Of a DNA stretch of 32,000 nt, positions 11,289 to 19,949 are shown one piece after another. This DNA comes from Magnetospirillum sp. 15-1 (GTDB lineage Bacteria > Pseudomonadota > Alphaproteobacteria > Rhodospirillales > Magnetospirillaceae), in assembly GCF_900184795.1 (NCBI RefSeq), contig NZ_FXXN01000027.1:501336-533335 (forward strand). The letters are read 5' to 3'. Position 1 is the stretch's first letter, and the number at the start of each line of letters is the position of its first letter. A program made the position numbers and the translations under genes. Under the pieces are notes generated by a model, which worked only from the letters and a program-made list of their open reading frames with translations, ran no database searches and had not been told where the DNA came from.

Positions 11289-11458
11289 GTCCGTCAGGTC
11301 ACCGGAGGTTTTGATATGCCCGCAAATTTACGCGATCCTCGGGAATCGCTCAAGATTTTGAGGTGATTTCAATCGAAACCACAAAATGCGACCCCCTCAT
11401 GACCAAAGGAGTCCTGCGAGTCACCCTCTGAGCCTGCCAAGGACAGTTGATGTGGCCT

Positions 11459-12487
11459 TCAGTGGCCTTCAGTACCCGGTGGTGCCATTGAGGATACTGA
11501 TCCTCGCATCCCAGAAACCAGCTTGGTCAACAGGGCAGCAAACTCCAAAACAGCATCAACTTTCACGACAATGCGTTGCTCTGGTTGATAGCTCTGATCC
11601 CCCGATTTTACGACGTACTTCTCATCGACGTGGCCGTCATTGTGTCCCAGCACATGGCGACGCTGGAAATAGACGTTCAGGCGGTCAATTTCTTGCTGAT
11701 CCAGATATACGGTGTAGGGGACGCCTGTGACTTTTTCCCACTCCAAGCTGCCATCCGTCAGATTCTGGAAAAGGTTTTGCCGGATACGACCCGAGTTATT
11801 GATCTGACTATAGAGGTATTTCGCCATGGTTTCGAACTGTGTCACACCACCCTTGATGGCGTCTTCAAGTAAAGTGTTTGCCAGATCAGCCGCCTGATCC
11901 TTGTCCAAGACCGCCCTGAGTGCCTCTATCGTTTCTGGTATCGTTCGTATCTTTGCGATTTTGGCGGAAAATGCCGCCTCGACGTCACGTTCACCGCAGC
12001 CTGGACAAAAATAGGCGGTCCCGATCACCGCATAGCGACACCCGCATTTTCCGCATGTAATTCTCGTCCGCATTGTTTCGGCAGCGGCAGCAGGAATCAT
12101 CACTGGCGGTGGCCTGCCAGTTTCCCGCACATCCATGGTCATCTTGAAGAACGAGTTGGACCTCTGACTACGGTTGAAATCAGAGGCTATGTCCTTGAAC
12201 ATTCGATTCAATTGAGTTGAGATCAGATGCTTCGCCTGCTCAAGAGCCATGGCCTTTGCGTGTTCTATCTGCTCTGTCGTCCACCAACTTCCTGGCGGTG
12301 CTTCATGACGACAAAACGGGCAAACCACTTGGCCTGATTGCTCGATGCGGTCCCAGTCGTCTTTCAGAATCTTGAATTGGGACAGGCAGTTTTCGTTGGG
12401 GCATTCCTTGTCGAGATAGCCATCATCATCGCCCTCGACCGGAACCGATATTTCCAGCCTGTCAGGAATATCGAAGTTGACTGGCAT
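11459..12487 (-). CDS. double zinc-ribbon protein with a C-terminal helical domain carrying an Rx4H (HEPN-like) motif; linked to hsdS
   Basis: ORF 11459..12493 trimmed to the ATG at 12487, 7 nt after GGAGG. That start is 23 nt downstream of the hsdS stop. Ribbons are CPNENC...CPFC and CGKCGCRYAVIGTAYFCPGCG. The motif FQRRHVLGHNDG is encoded at 11642-11665. Confidence 0.6.
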   Translation of the reverse strand: MPVNFDIPDRLEISVPVEGDDDGYLDKECPNENCLSQFKILKDDWDRIEQSGQVVCPFCRHEAPPGSWWTTEQIEHAKAMALEQAKHLISTQLNRMFKDIASDFNRSQRSNSFFKMTMDVRETGRPPPVMIPAAAAETMRTRITCGKCGCRYAVIGTAYFCPGCGERDVEAAFSAKIAKIRTIPETIEALRAVLDKDQAADLANTLLEDAIKGGVTQFETMAKYLYSQINNSGRIRQNLFQNLTDGSLEWEKVTGVPYTVYLDQQEIDRLNVYFQRRHVLGHNDGHVDEKYVVKSGDQSYQPEQRIVVKVDAVLEFAALLTKLVSGMRGSVSSMAPPGTEGH

Positions 12488-12510
12488 TCGCACGCCTCCA
12501 TCGCCACAAG

Positions 12511-13944
12511 CTATCGCTGCTTTCGTCCCCGCTTGGTCTTAGGTGCGGATTCCCGTGCCGCCGTGATTCGTTCCAGCAGCTTGGAGGCCGGTTCGTCGGC
12601 GGGGTCTTGCGGCACCAGCTTGCCGGTGAAGGCTTTGTCGAGGATGGATTGGTCGAGGCGGTCGATTAGTCCGGTTGCCCGCAACATCTCATGTTCCATC
12701 GTGTCGATTGCAGCCATCATCTGGGCAATGCGTTGATCAAGGACGATCTGTTCGTCATCGGGGATCAACGGTACCGCCAAATGGCTGAGTTTGGTGCCAT
12801 TGACATTGGCCTGACCAACCTGCTGGCTGACAACCGAACGAACCCAGGCACGGCCATAGGGTGAGTTGATATAAGCGGATAGAAGGGCGGGAATGATCCC
12901 AACCGCCTTCAAGCGAATCAGGTAAGAGGCGAAAGATGCCTTGGGAAGCTGGTCGCGGAAAACGGCGGACTTTCCAACCAATTCAGGACTGTTGGTGCGG
13001 TTGAACAGGATGTCACCCTGTTGCAGCAGCAATGCCGGAAATTCATCGTGATCGGCAGGAAGGTATTTCAGGTTCTCGACCTGAAGCTCACCCCGAACGA
13101 TGTTCCCCATCCGCAGGACGGGCACTCCATTCGCATCCTCATTGGTTTTTGCCGAGGTGCCGTATTGCATCTCCGTGGTCAATTGATCTACGGACGCCCA
13201 GGCCCAACCATCGGGCAACTCAATGTCTGGAAACCAATCCGCTTCCTCCGGTTCGGGGTAGTTTCGTCGCCGCGATGACGCTTGAGCCGCAAGCCAGCCG
13301 TCACGCCGGTCGGATAGCACCTTCCCGAGATGTTGTGTCGGGTTCCCAAGCGGATGCGATTCCCGCCAATCCGCCGTCAGGTCACCCCGGAATGCTGCCC
13401 CCAGCACCGCCTGCCGGTAGCGTTCGATCAGCCTGGGAATGTGGGCGAGTTCGTCCCTGGCCTGAGAGGATCGGGCAAACAGGGAATCGATCTTGGCAGC
13501 GATGCGGTGCTGTTCTGCGGTGGGGGCAATTGGCAGAGGGATGGTGTCGAGCGCCTTTTGCGTCAACTTCGGCTGCGCTGAGCCGGTCACAAACGGCGCG
13601 AGATCGATAGAGTTAAGGAATCGCTCAAGGTACTTAAGCGAGACGCCATCACATGGCTTCACAATGTGAGCGTGATTATTGACCCAGAATTTCCCCAAAG
13701 CTTGAAACGCAATTGGCGTTGAACGTGAAAGTAAGTTTGCCCCATCTTCTGCTATAAGCAGGTAGCTTCCATCAAACAGGTAACCATCCACATGATCGAT
13801 CACGCCCGAAGCCCCGAAGTATGGGAACGGGCCTTGCCGCTTTGCTCGGTCTGCACTTTTTACAGGTCTGCGGCGACCATCATGGTTCACGACGACTGAG
13901 CAAAACTGAGCTTGCCCCCACCCGCTCGGAAAATCGTCACTCAC
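12511..13944 (-). CDS. hsdS: type I restriction-modification system specificity subunit
   Basis: 477 aa with two variable target-recognition halves separated by conserved helical repeats (RYRQAVLGAAFRGDL in the centre, ILDKAFTGKLVPQD at the C-terminus). The start overlaps the hsdM stop by 4 nt. Confidence 0.9.
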   Translation of the reverse strand: MSDDFPSGWGQAQFCSVVVNHDGRRRPVKSADRAKRQGPFPYFGASGVIDHVDGYLFDGSYLLIAEDGANLLSRSTPIAFQALGKFWVNNHAHIVKPCDGVSLKYLERFLNSIDLAPFVTGSAQPKLTQKALDTIPLPIAPTAEQHRIAAKIDSLFARSSQARDELAHIPRLIERYRQAVLGAAFRGDLTADWRESHPLGNPTQHLGKVLSDRRDGWLAAQASSRRRNYPEPEEADWFPDIELPDGWAWASVDQLTTEMQYGTSAKTNEDANGVPVLRMGNIVRGELQVENLKYLPADHDEFPALLLQQGDILFNRTNSPELVGKSAVFRDQLPKASFASYLIRLKAVGIIPALLSAYINSPYGRAWVRSVVSQQVGQANVNGTKLSHLAVPLIPDDEQIVLDQRIAQMMAAIDTMEHEMLRATGLIDRLDQSILDKAFTGKLVPQDPADEPASKLLERITAARESAPKTKRGRKQR

Positions 13945-15419
13945 TCGGCAGCCTCCTCGACCTCGGCTGCGTCACCGCCAATCTCTTCGGCCAGGGCGGC
14001 GATCTCGTCCAAGGCGGCTTGCAGATGCCCCATGATGGCGGCGGCGATTTCGCCGGGTTCAGTCAGCCCGTCCTCGGGATCGGCACTGTCGTCCCGCAAC
14101 CAGGACAGGTCGAGATTGTCGTTGCGGTCGGCGATCTGCTGGCGGGTGAAGCACCGCCAACGGTCCTCGGGATCGACGAGGGTGGCGTCGCGGTTCCGAC
14201 CAAACGGGTCGTCACCGAAGACCCGCTCGAATGGGGCGAAGGTGCTGAGCAGCAGCGGACGGGTCTTGCCGAAGGCGGGCATATTGGCCCGCATGTCATA
14301 GACCCATACCGCCTGGGTGTTGGCCTTGGCGGTCTTGCCCCTGGTGAAGAAGATGACGTTGGTCTTGACCCCTTGGGCATAGAAGATGCCGGTGGGTAAC
14401 CGCAGGATGGTGTGCAGGTCGCACCAATCCATCAGCATCTGACGGAGTGCCCGGCCCGCATTGTCCTCAAACAGCACATTGTCCGGCACCACCACGGCGG
14501 CCCGGCCTCCGGGCTTCAAGGCTCGGATGATGTGTTCGACGAAAGCCAATTGCTTGTTGGACACGTCGGCGGTGACCGAGAAATCACCACGGGTCGGCCT
14601 GCCACCCCCCTTCTTGGTGCCGAAGGGGGGATTGGTGATGATGACGTTGGCTTGGCCCAGCGATTCGCCCTCATGGGACAGGGTATCGCCCTGCTGGACG
14701 CCATAGCCTGCATCGCCACCAATGCCGTGCAGCATCAGATTCATCAGGCAAAGGCGATGGGTATCGGCAACCAGTTCCAACCCGACAAAGGCGGCGTTGC
14801 GTTGGAAAAACCGCTGCTCTTCGGCCAGAGCATAGAGGTCATCGGTCTGGGCCTTGATGAAATGATCGGCGGCAACCAGAAAACCGGCGGTTCCGGCGGC
14901 GGGGTCTTGGATCACCTCGCCCGGCTGCGGCTTGATCAGACGGATGATGCAGTCGATCAGCGGACGTGGGGTGAAATACTGCCCGGCCCCGCTCTTCTTC
15001 TCGGCGGCGTTCTTTTCCAACAGCCCTTCGTACAGATTGCCCAGGCCCTCCTCACGGGCTGTGAACCAGTCGAGGCCGTCGATGGCCTCGACAATGGCCT
15101 TCAAATTGGTGGGCTTCTTCAACCGGCTTTGGGCGTCGGCGAAGATCGCCAGCACCAAGCCGCGCCCGTTGGTGCCGAGGTCGAGCAACAGGTGCTTGTA
15201 AAAGGTCAGTTGCTCCAGACCTTCCCGGCGAACCAGATCACCCCACCGTTTGCCCTCGGGCAACTGATCCTCGCGACCCGTCTCCGCCATCATCTTTAAG
15301 AACAGCAGGTAGGTCAGTTCGGTCACGTATTCGTGATACGTGATGCCGTCATCGCGGAGGATGTCGCAGAGACGCCAGAGCTTGGCGACGATATCGGTGG
15401 TGACGGTCATGACAAGCAA
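13941..15419 (-). CDS. hsdM: type I restriction-modification system N6-adenine DNA methyltransferase subunit
   Basis: It has an HsdM N-terminal domain (VAKLWRLCDILRDDGI...YVTELTYLLFLK), AdoMet motif I (DPAAGTAGFL) and motif IV (NPPFG). The track start at 15419 is TTG; the ATG at 15410 is an alternative. Confidence 0.95.
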   Translation of the reverse strand: MLVMTVTTDIVAKLWRLCDILRDDGITYHEYVTELTYLLFLKMMAETGREDQLPEGKRWGDLVRREGLEQLTFYKHLLLDLGTNGRGLVLAIFADAQSRLKKPTNLKAIVEAIDGLDWFTAREEGLGNLYEGLLEKNAAEKKSGAGQYFTPRPLIDCIIRLIKPQPGEVIQDPAAGTAGFLVAADHFIKAQTDDLYALAEEQRFFQRNAAFVGLELVADTHRLCLMNLMLHGIGGDAGYGVQQGDTLSHEGESLGQANVIITNPPFGTKKGGGRPTRGDFSVTADVSNKQLAFVEHIIRALKPGGRAAVVVPDNVLFEDNAGRALRQMLMDWCDLHTILRLPTGIFYAQGVKTNVIFFTRGKTAKANTQAVWVYDMRANMPAFGKTRPLLLSTFAPFERVFGDDPFGRNRDATLVDPEDRWRCFTRQQIADRNDNLDLSWLRDDSADPEDGLTEPGEIAAAIMGHLQAALDEIAALAEEIGGDAAEVEEAAE

Positions 15420-15501
15420 GCATCCTTCTCAAAAATAACGGCAGCGGAACACATTATGCCGCCTCACGTACCGAGCCACATCCGGATTCCCACTCAGGAA
15501 A

Positions 15502-16389
15502 TCAGACCCCTTTGATAAACCGCATCTCGTCCAAAATTACGCATCCTCCATCAATGGAGAAAACGACTTCGAGAATTTCAGAAAATGCCTGTGACCGAAT
15601 TCTGAGCACATTTGGCAATATTTCTTTGTCGCAATTATTGTAATGCAGACTTGATTCAATTTCACAATCGTGACCGGCAAGACGAATGAAGTTTGAGTTT
15701 CCATCAGGATAGACAGCAATATGCGGTCGAAGCTTGTTTCCATTGGCGTCAAAAACTTCTGGCTGACCCTTTACCCCGAACAGAAAATCAAAACACCTCA
15801 CCCCTGAAACGCGATGAGGCTTGATGCTTGCGACAACAAATAGTCCAGATTCGCTTTTCTGCTTCATCTCCCTTTTAGAAGCAGAAAGGTAAATTTCTCT
15901 TGGGTCAGATAAATTTGTCGCGGATGCATTGCCGATCAACGAAATCGTTCCATGAGACAATCCATCTGTGGGGATGGAGATCAATGCCGCAGATGATGGT
16001 GTGGTCTCCCCCCGAACGGTGTTTGTTGACAAAATAATTTTGTCATCAAGTAACACCGTTTCTATGCCGTCACGCACGATGGAAGCACGGTGAACCTCCA
16101 TTGAACTGGCGACTCCACTTTCAGAGCGAATTTCGGCCCTGAAGGGGATTTTCCCAGAGGACATTCGTTCAGCGAAATCCCGCCATGATCTGTCATCGCT
16201 TTGGCAGCATGCCTTATATTTTCGTCCACTACCGCATGGGCAGGGCATGTTGGCACTGGGTGGCTGCGGATTGTGTTCACAAGCAAGTTTCTTGGACAGT
16301 GATGCTTTTGCCATGTCCACCTGCTGGCAGCATCGCTTGTATTTTTTACCACTACCACAGTGGCATGGAGCGTTAACGCCTAAGCTCAT
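15502..16389 (-). CDS. protein with two N-terminal SEC-C metal-binding motifs and an unrecognised ~220-aa C-terminal domain
   Basis: The two motifs are CHCGSGKKYKRCC and CPCGSGRKYKACC. The ATG is 18 nt after the hsdR stop. GC is visibly lower than its neighbours: ~43% in line 15541 versus ~60% in line 17401 (hand counts). Confidence 0.7.
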   Translation of the reverse strand: MSLGVNAPCHCGSGKKYKRCCQQVDMAKASLSKKLACEHNPQPPSANMPCPCGSGRKYKACCQSDDRSWRDFAERMSSGKIPFRAEIRSESGVASSMEVHRASIVRDGIETVLLDDKIILSTNTVRGETTPSSAALISIPTDGLSHGTISLIGNASATNLSDPREIYLSASKREMKQKSESGLFVVASIKPHRVSGVRCFDFLFGVKGQPEVFDANGNKLRPHIAVYPDGNSNFIRLAGHDCEIESSLHYNNCDKEILPNVLRIRSQAFSEILEVVFSIDGGCVILDEMRFIKGV

Positions 16390-16407
16390 GCATTCCGTCA
16401 GCGGGAC

Positions 16408-19400
16408 TTAGCCCGCCTTCCTCCATATGTCCTCACGGATATCCCCGAGAATGGCTTCCAGCTTGCCGCCGAACAGCTTGTTCAGCCGTTCGAAGCCACC
16501 ATCCTGTTTGTACTGGCTGGACTCGAAGTAGTCCCGATCAACCACGACCTCCTTCGCCACGTCGTCGCCGATGCGGTTCAGCCATTTCTTCTGAACCGGT
16601 GTCCAATCGTGGCTCTTGAGAATTCGCCCCATGGCGTCCTTCACCCGGTCGGCATAGGGCCGTAACGGATCGCCCAGGGCGGCTTGACGGACATAGCCGA
16701 TGATGGAGGCCGCGATATCCTCGGACTTCGCCTGTTCCCAGGCCCGGTGCAGGGCTGCTTCAGTGAAGGACTGACCGTCGAGGATCATTCTGACCTTCCG
16801 CAAATCCTCCCGCGTCAGGTCGCGGGGCCGCTGAACCACGATGGACAGGGCCGCCACCTTGTTGACGTTATCGCGGACCCAGGCGGTGAAGGAGTCCAGA
16901 TAATCCTCGGGACGTTTCCACTTGTCACCGAATACGGGGGCGGCGGAAATCAGGTGGTCAGGGTGTTCGGAGATCGGGATGGGATCACCGGGCCGGTCTG
17001 GACGCCAATCCAGAATGGGGCCGAGCTTGGGGCGGTCTTTGAACCATGCCGCCAGATCGCCCACGGATGAATCGGCAACCCGCTTCACGGTGGATTCGGG
17101 GGGTTCCCCCGCCGCCTGCTCGTACATCTGCCGTCCCTGCTCGGACAGCAATTTGGCCCGGCGTTTCAGCTTGGTTTCGATCTGGGCACGGATGGCTTCG
17201 CGGTGGCGGTCATCGGTGACGCTGACCAATTCCTCCAGCAGCTTGGCGAAGGTGATCTTCGGTTCGACGCCGACCGGCTTCATATCTGTGAGGTCTTCGA
17301 GGGTCGGGTAAAGATCAACCGCGTCGAAAATGCGGAACACCTCCTTGCCGATTTCGTCGCATCGCCGCGTCGCCCGACCCAGCATCTGCTCGTACAGAAT
17401 GCGGCTGTTGACCCGACGCAGGAACACCAGATTGGTGATCTTGGGGACATCGACTCCGGTGGTCAGCAGATCGACGGTGACGGCAATTTTCGGCTGCGGG
17501 TCATTACGGAACGAAAGGGTGAGCGACCGGGCCTTGTCCACGCTGCCGGTGATCTTTCGCACATCGCCATCATCAACACTGCCGTAGGTGTCCTCCAACG
17601 CCTGCTTGACCTGCTCCACCACCATGTCGGCATGGGCGTCACTGGCCGCGAAGATCAGGGTTTTGTCGGGCAGGCTGGGGTCGATGTATTGCACCAGGGC
17701 CTGGGCCACGGCCTTGTTGAATTGCTCGGTGATGACCTTCTTGTTGAACTGCTCGATCTCGTAATTCAGTTCGTCGGGGGCATAGGCGGTGACGATGGTG
17801 CCGTCCGTGGTATTCAGCAGGTCGAGCTTTTCGCCCTTTTCCCACTTGATCCCCGCCACCGACAGGGCGGTTTCGATGCGGATCGGCGGTTCGTGGTCGA
17901 TCAGATAGCCGTCGATCACCGCTTCCCGGTAGCTGTACTTGTAGATCGGCTCGCCGAAGATATCGACGGTGTGCAAAGCGGGGGTGGCGGTCAGGCCGAT
18001 CTTCACCGCGTCGAAATGCTCCAGCACCCGGCGATATTTGCTGATGTAATCGGCTTGGTCGCGGAACTCCAACTCGGTGTCGGACAATTCGCGGTCAAGC
18101 AGGTAGCCTCGGTGGCATTCATCGACAACGATCAGATCGTACTGATCGACGGACGGCGTATTGGCGGGATCGTCGGCCCCCAGCACCCTGCGGGCCAGGG
18201 CTTGGATGGTGCAGACATGCACTTTGGTTTCGGCATCGGGGTCGATATCCCCCAGTCCCTTCACCCCGAACACGTCGGCAAAGGTGCGGACGCCGAAGAC
18301 CTTGGTGGTGTTGAACTCATTGGCGGTCTGGACACCCAGGATGTTGCGATCTACCACGAAGCAGACCCGCCGGAACCTCTTGGATTCCAGCAATCGGGAC
18401 AGCATGGCGATGGCAAGCTTGGTCTTTCCGGTGCCGGTCGCCATGGCGACCAGCATCTGACGGCGATCATCGGCAAGGGCTTCCTCGACCTTCTCGATGG
18501 CCTTGCGTTGGTAGGGGCGAAGGTCGAAGCCGAAATTCATGGTCATAGATTTCAAGGCGGTCTGGGCCGTTTCCCGGTCCATGGCAAGCTGGCCCCGCAA
18601 CCCATCGGGTGTCGGCCAATCCACCAGGGCACGACGGCGATTGGTGGACTTGCGAGTGTCGCGAAACCAGATGCCGGATTCCGTCTCGATTTGCTTCAGG
18701 TATTCGCGGCCATTGGTGGCGAAAACGAAGGGGATGCGATAATCGCCCCAGGGACCATCCAACCCGACACCCTGGATGGCTTTGAAGCCCTTGGCATAGC
18801 GTTCGGCCTGATCGATGGCAGCGGAGACGTTCTTTCGTTTCCGCTTGGCCTCGATCACAGCGATGCAGGTGGTGTCGATGAACAGGGCATAGTCGGCCCG
18901 GCCATCATCGGTCGGCCATTCGGCAATCGCCATGGCCTTACCTTTGGCCGGACGGGCACCCGATTGATAGGTGATGGACTGGCTATCGACATCCCAACCA
19001 CGATCACGCAGGTGGCGATCAATGATGGATCGGGTTGCCGCTTCGTCCAGGTCGATGGCGGCGGCGGCGGATTGAGCAGCGGTAAGGACCAATGCCATGG
19101 TCGCTGGGGCGGTCGGTGTTGCGGCTTGTGCGGCCTGAAGTTCCTGGACCAAGGCCGCTTGCTTGGCCTCGGCTTCGTCGAGCAGTTTGCGTAATGCCGC
19201 TTTTTCTTCGGCCTCGATGCGAATGCGATCTTCGGCGGATAGGCGGGCCTGTTCCGCCTGCTGGACCGCGACCTGGGCCTGTTCCGCCGCCGACAATGAC
19301 GCGGCATGTTGGACGCGAAGGCGTTCCAGTTCGGCGGCCAGGGCGGCTCCTGCACGCTGCGGATCGGCGGGCGGGGCAAAAGGCTTGGGCTGAAAGGTCT

Positions 19401-19779
19401 TGTTGCCGCCATAGGAACGGTGGAACCAAACCGTCAATTGCCACGCCATCTTCAGGGCGTTGAGGGCCGCCCCCTGATCGGCATAGCCGTGATGGGTGGC
19501 CTTATTACCGACGATGCGGATTTCATGGAACAACCGGGCGGCATCACGGGGAATCGCTCCCCGATCCTCCAGTCGTTCCAGCAAGTCTTTCTGGGTTTCG
19601 CGCGGATCGCCGGTTTCACGCAGTCTGGAGGCGATGGTCTGCGCCATGGCCTCACCGAACTGCCGCAACTTGATGAGGGTGGTGTTGGTGTCTTCCCGAA
19701 AATAGCGTTCGGCCAGCGTGCCGAGTCGGACAAGCTGGGTGTGTGCGGTCAGAAAACCAAAGTTGGAAGACGGCTGCAC
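16408..19779 (-). CDS. hsdR: type I restriction endonuclease subunit R with an N-terminal DUF4145/HEPN-like domain and a coiled-coil extension
   Basis: 1123 aa with a GTG start after AGAGG. It has Walker A (MATGTGKT) and a DEAD-box-type motif (VVDECHRG). The N-terminus (FGFLTAHTQLVRLGTLAERYF...IRIVGNKATHHG) is DUF4145-like. An Ala/Glu/Gln-rich coiled coil follows at about residues 145-220. Confidence 0.95.
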   Translation of the reverse strand: MQPSSNFGFLTAHTQLVRLGTLAERYFREDTNTTLIKLRQFGEAMAQTIASRLRETGDPRETQKDLLERLEDRGAIPRDAARLFHEIRIVGNKATHHGYADQGAALNALKMAWQLTVWFHRSYGGNKTFQPKPFAPPADPQRAGAALAAELERLRVQHAASLSAAEQAQVAVQQAEQARLSAEDRIRIEAEEKAALRKLLDEAEAKQAALVQELQAAQAATPTAPATMALVLTAAQSAAAAIDLDEAATRSIIDRHLRDRGWDVDSQSITYQSGARPAKGKAMAIAEWPTDDGRADYALFIDTTCIAVIEAKRKRKNVSAAIDQAERYAKGFKAIQGVGLDGPWGDYRIPFVFATNGREYLKQIETESGIWFRDTRKSTNRRRALVDWPTPDGLRGQLAMDRETAQTALKSMTMNFGFDLRPYQRKAIEKVEEALADDRRQMLVAMATGTGKTKLAIAMLSRLLESKRFRRVCFVVDRNILGVQTANEFNTTKVFGVRTFADVFGVKGLGDIDPDAETKVHVCTIQALARRVLGADDPANTPSVDQYDLIVVDECHRGYLLDRELSDTELEFRDQADYISKYRRVLEHFDAVKIGLTATPALHTVDIFGEPIYKYSYREAVIDGYLIDHEPPIRIETALSVAGIKWEKGEKLDLLNTTDGTIVTAYAPDELNYEIEQFNKKVITEQFNKAVAQALVQYIDPSLPDKTLIFAASDAHADMVVEQVKQALEDTYGSVDDGDVRKITGSVDKARSLTLSFRNDPQPKIAVTVDLLTTGVDVPKITNLVFLRRVNSRILYEQMLGRATRRCDEIGKEVFRIFDAVDLYPTLEDLTDMKPVGVEPKITFAKLLEELVSVTDDRHREAIRAQIETKLKRRAKLLSEQGRQMYEQAAGEPPESTVKRVADSSVGDLAAWFKDRPKLGPILDWRPDRPGDPIPISEHPDHLISAAPVFGDKWKRPEDYLDSFTAWVRDNVNKVAALSIVVQRPRDLTREDLRKVRMILDGQSFTEAALHRAWEQAKSEDIAASIIGYVRQAALGDPLRPYADRVKDAMGRILKSHDWTPVQKKWLNRIGDDVAKEVVVDRDYFESSQYKQDGGFERLNKLFGGKLEAILGDIREDIWRKAG

Positions 19780-19949
19780 CCCAAGCCTCTTGCACGAGAA
19801 TAGCAGGGTGAAAAAGGTACGTGCGCGTCACAACGCACGCAAGAGACATCGAGGGTGTTTCCTCGAATCACGGATGAAACGCGAAGTCTCCGGTGACATC
19901 ACCATGCAACCCAAATACCCTGGTTGGGTGGTTAACATCTTCGGTCACC

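Noticed and set aside
17203-19194. 663-aa plus-strand ORF inside hsdR; similarly 14412..15299 inside hsdM and 13821..14399
   Set aside because: These are antisense shadow ORFs of well-supported R-M genes. They have low-complexity G/D/R-rich translations and no SD.
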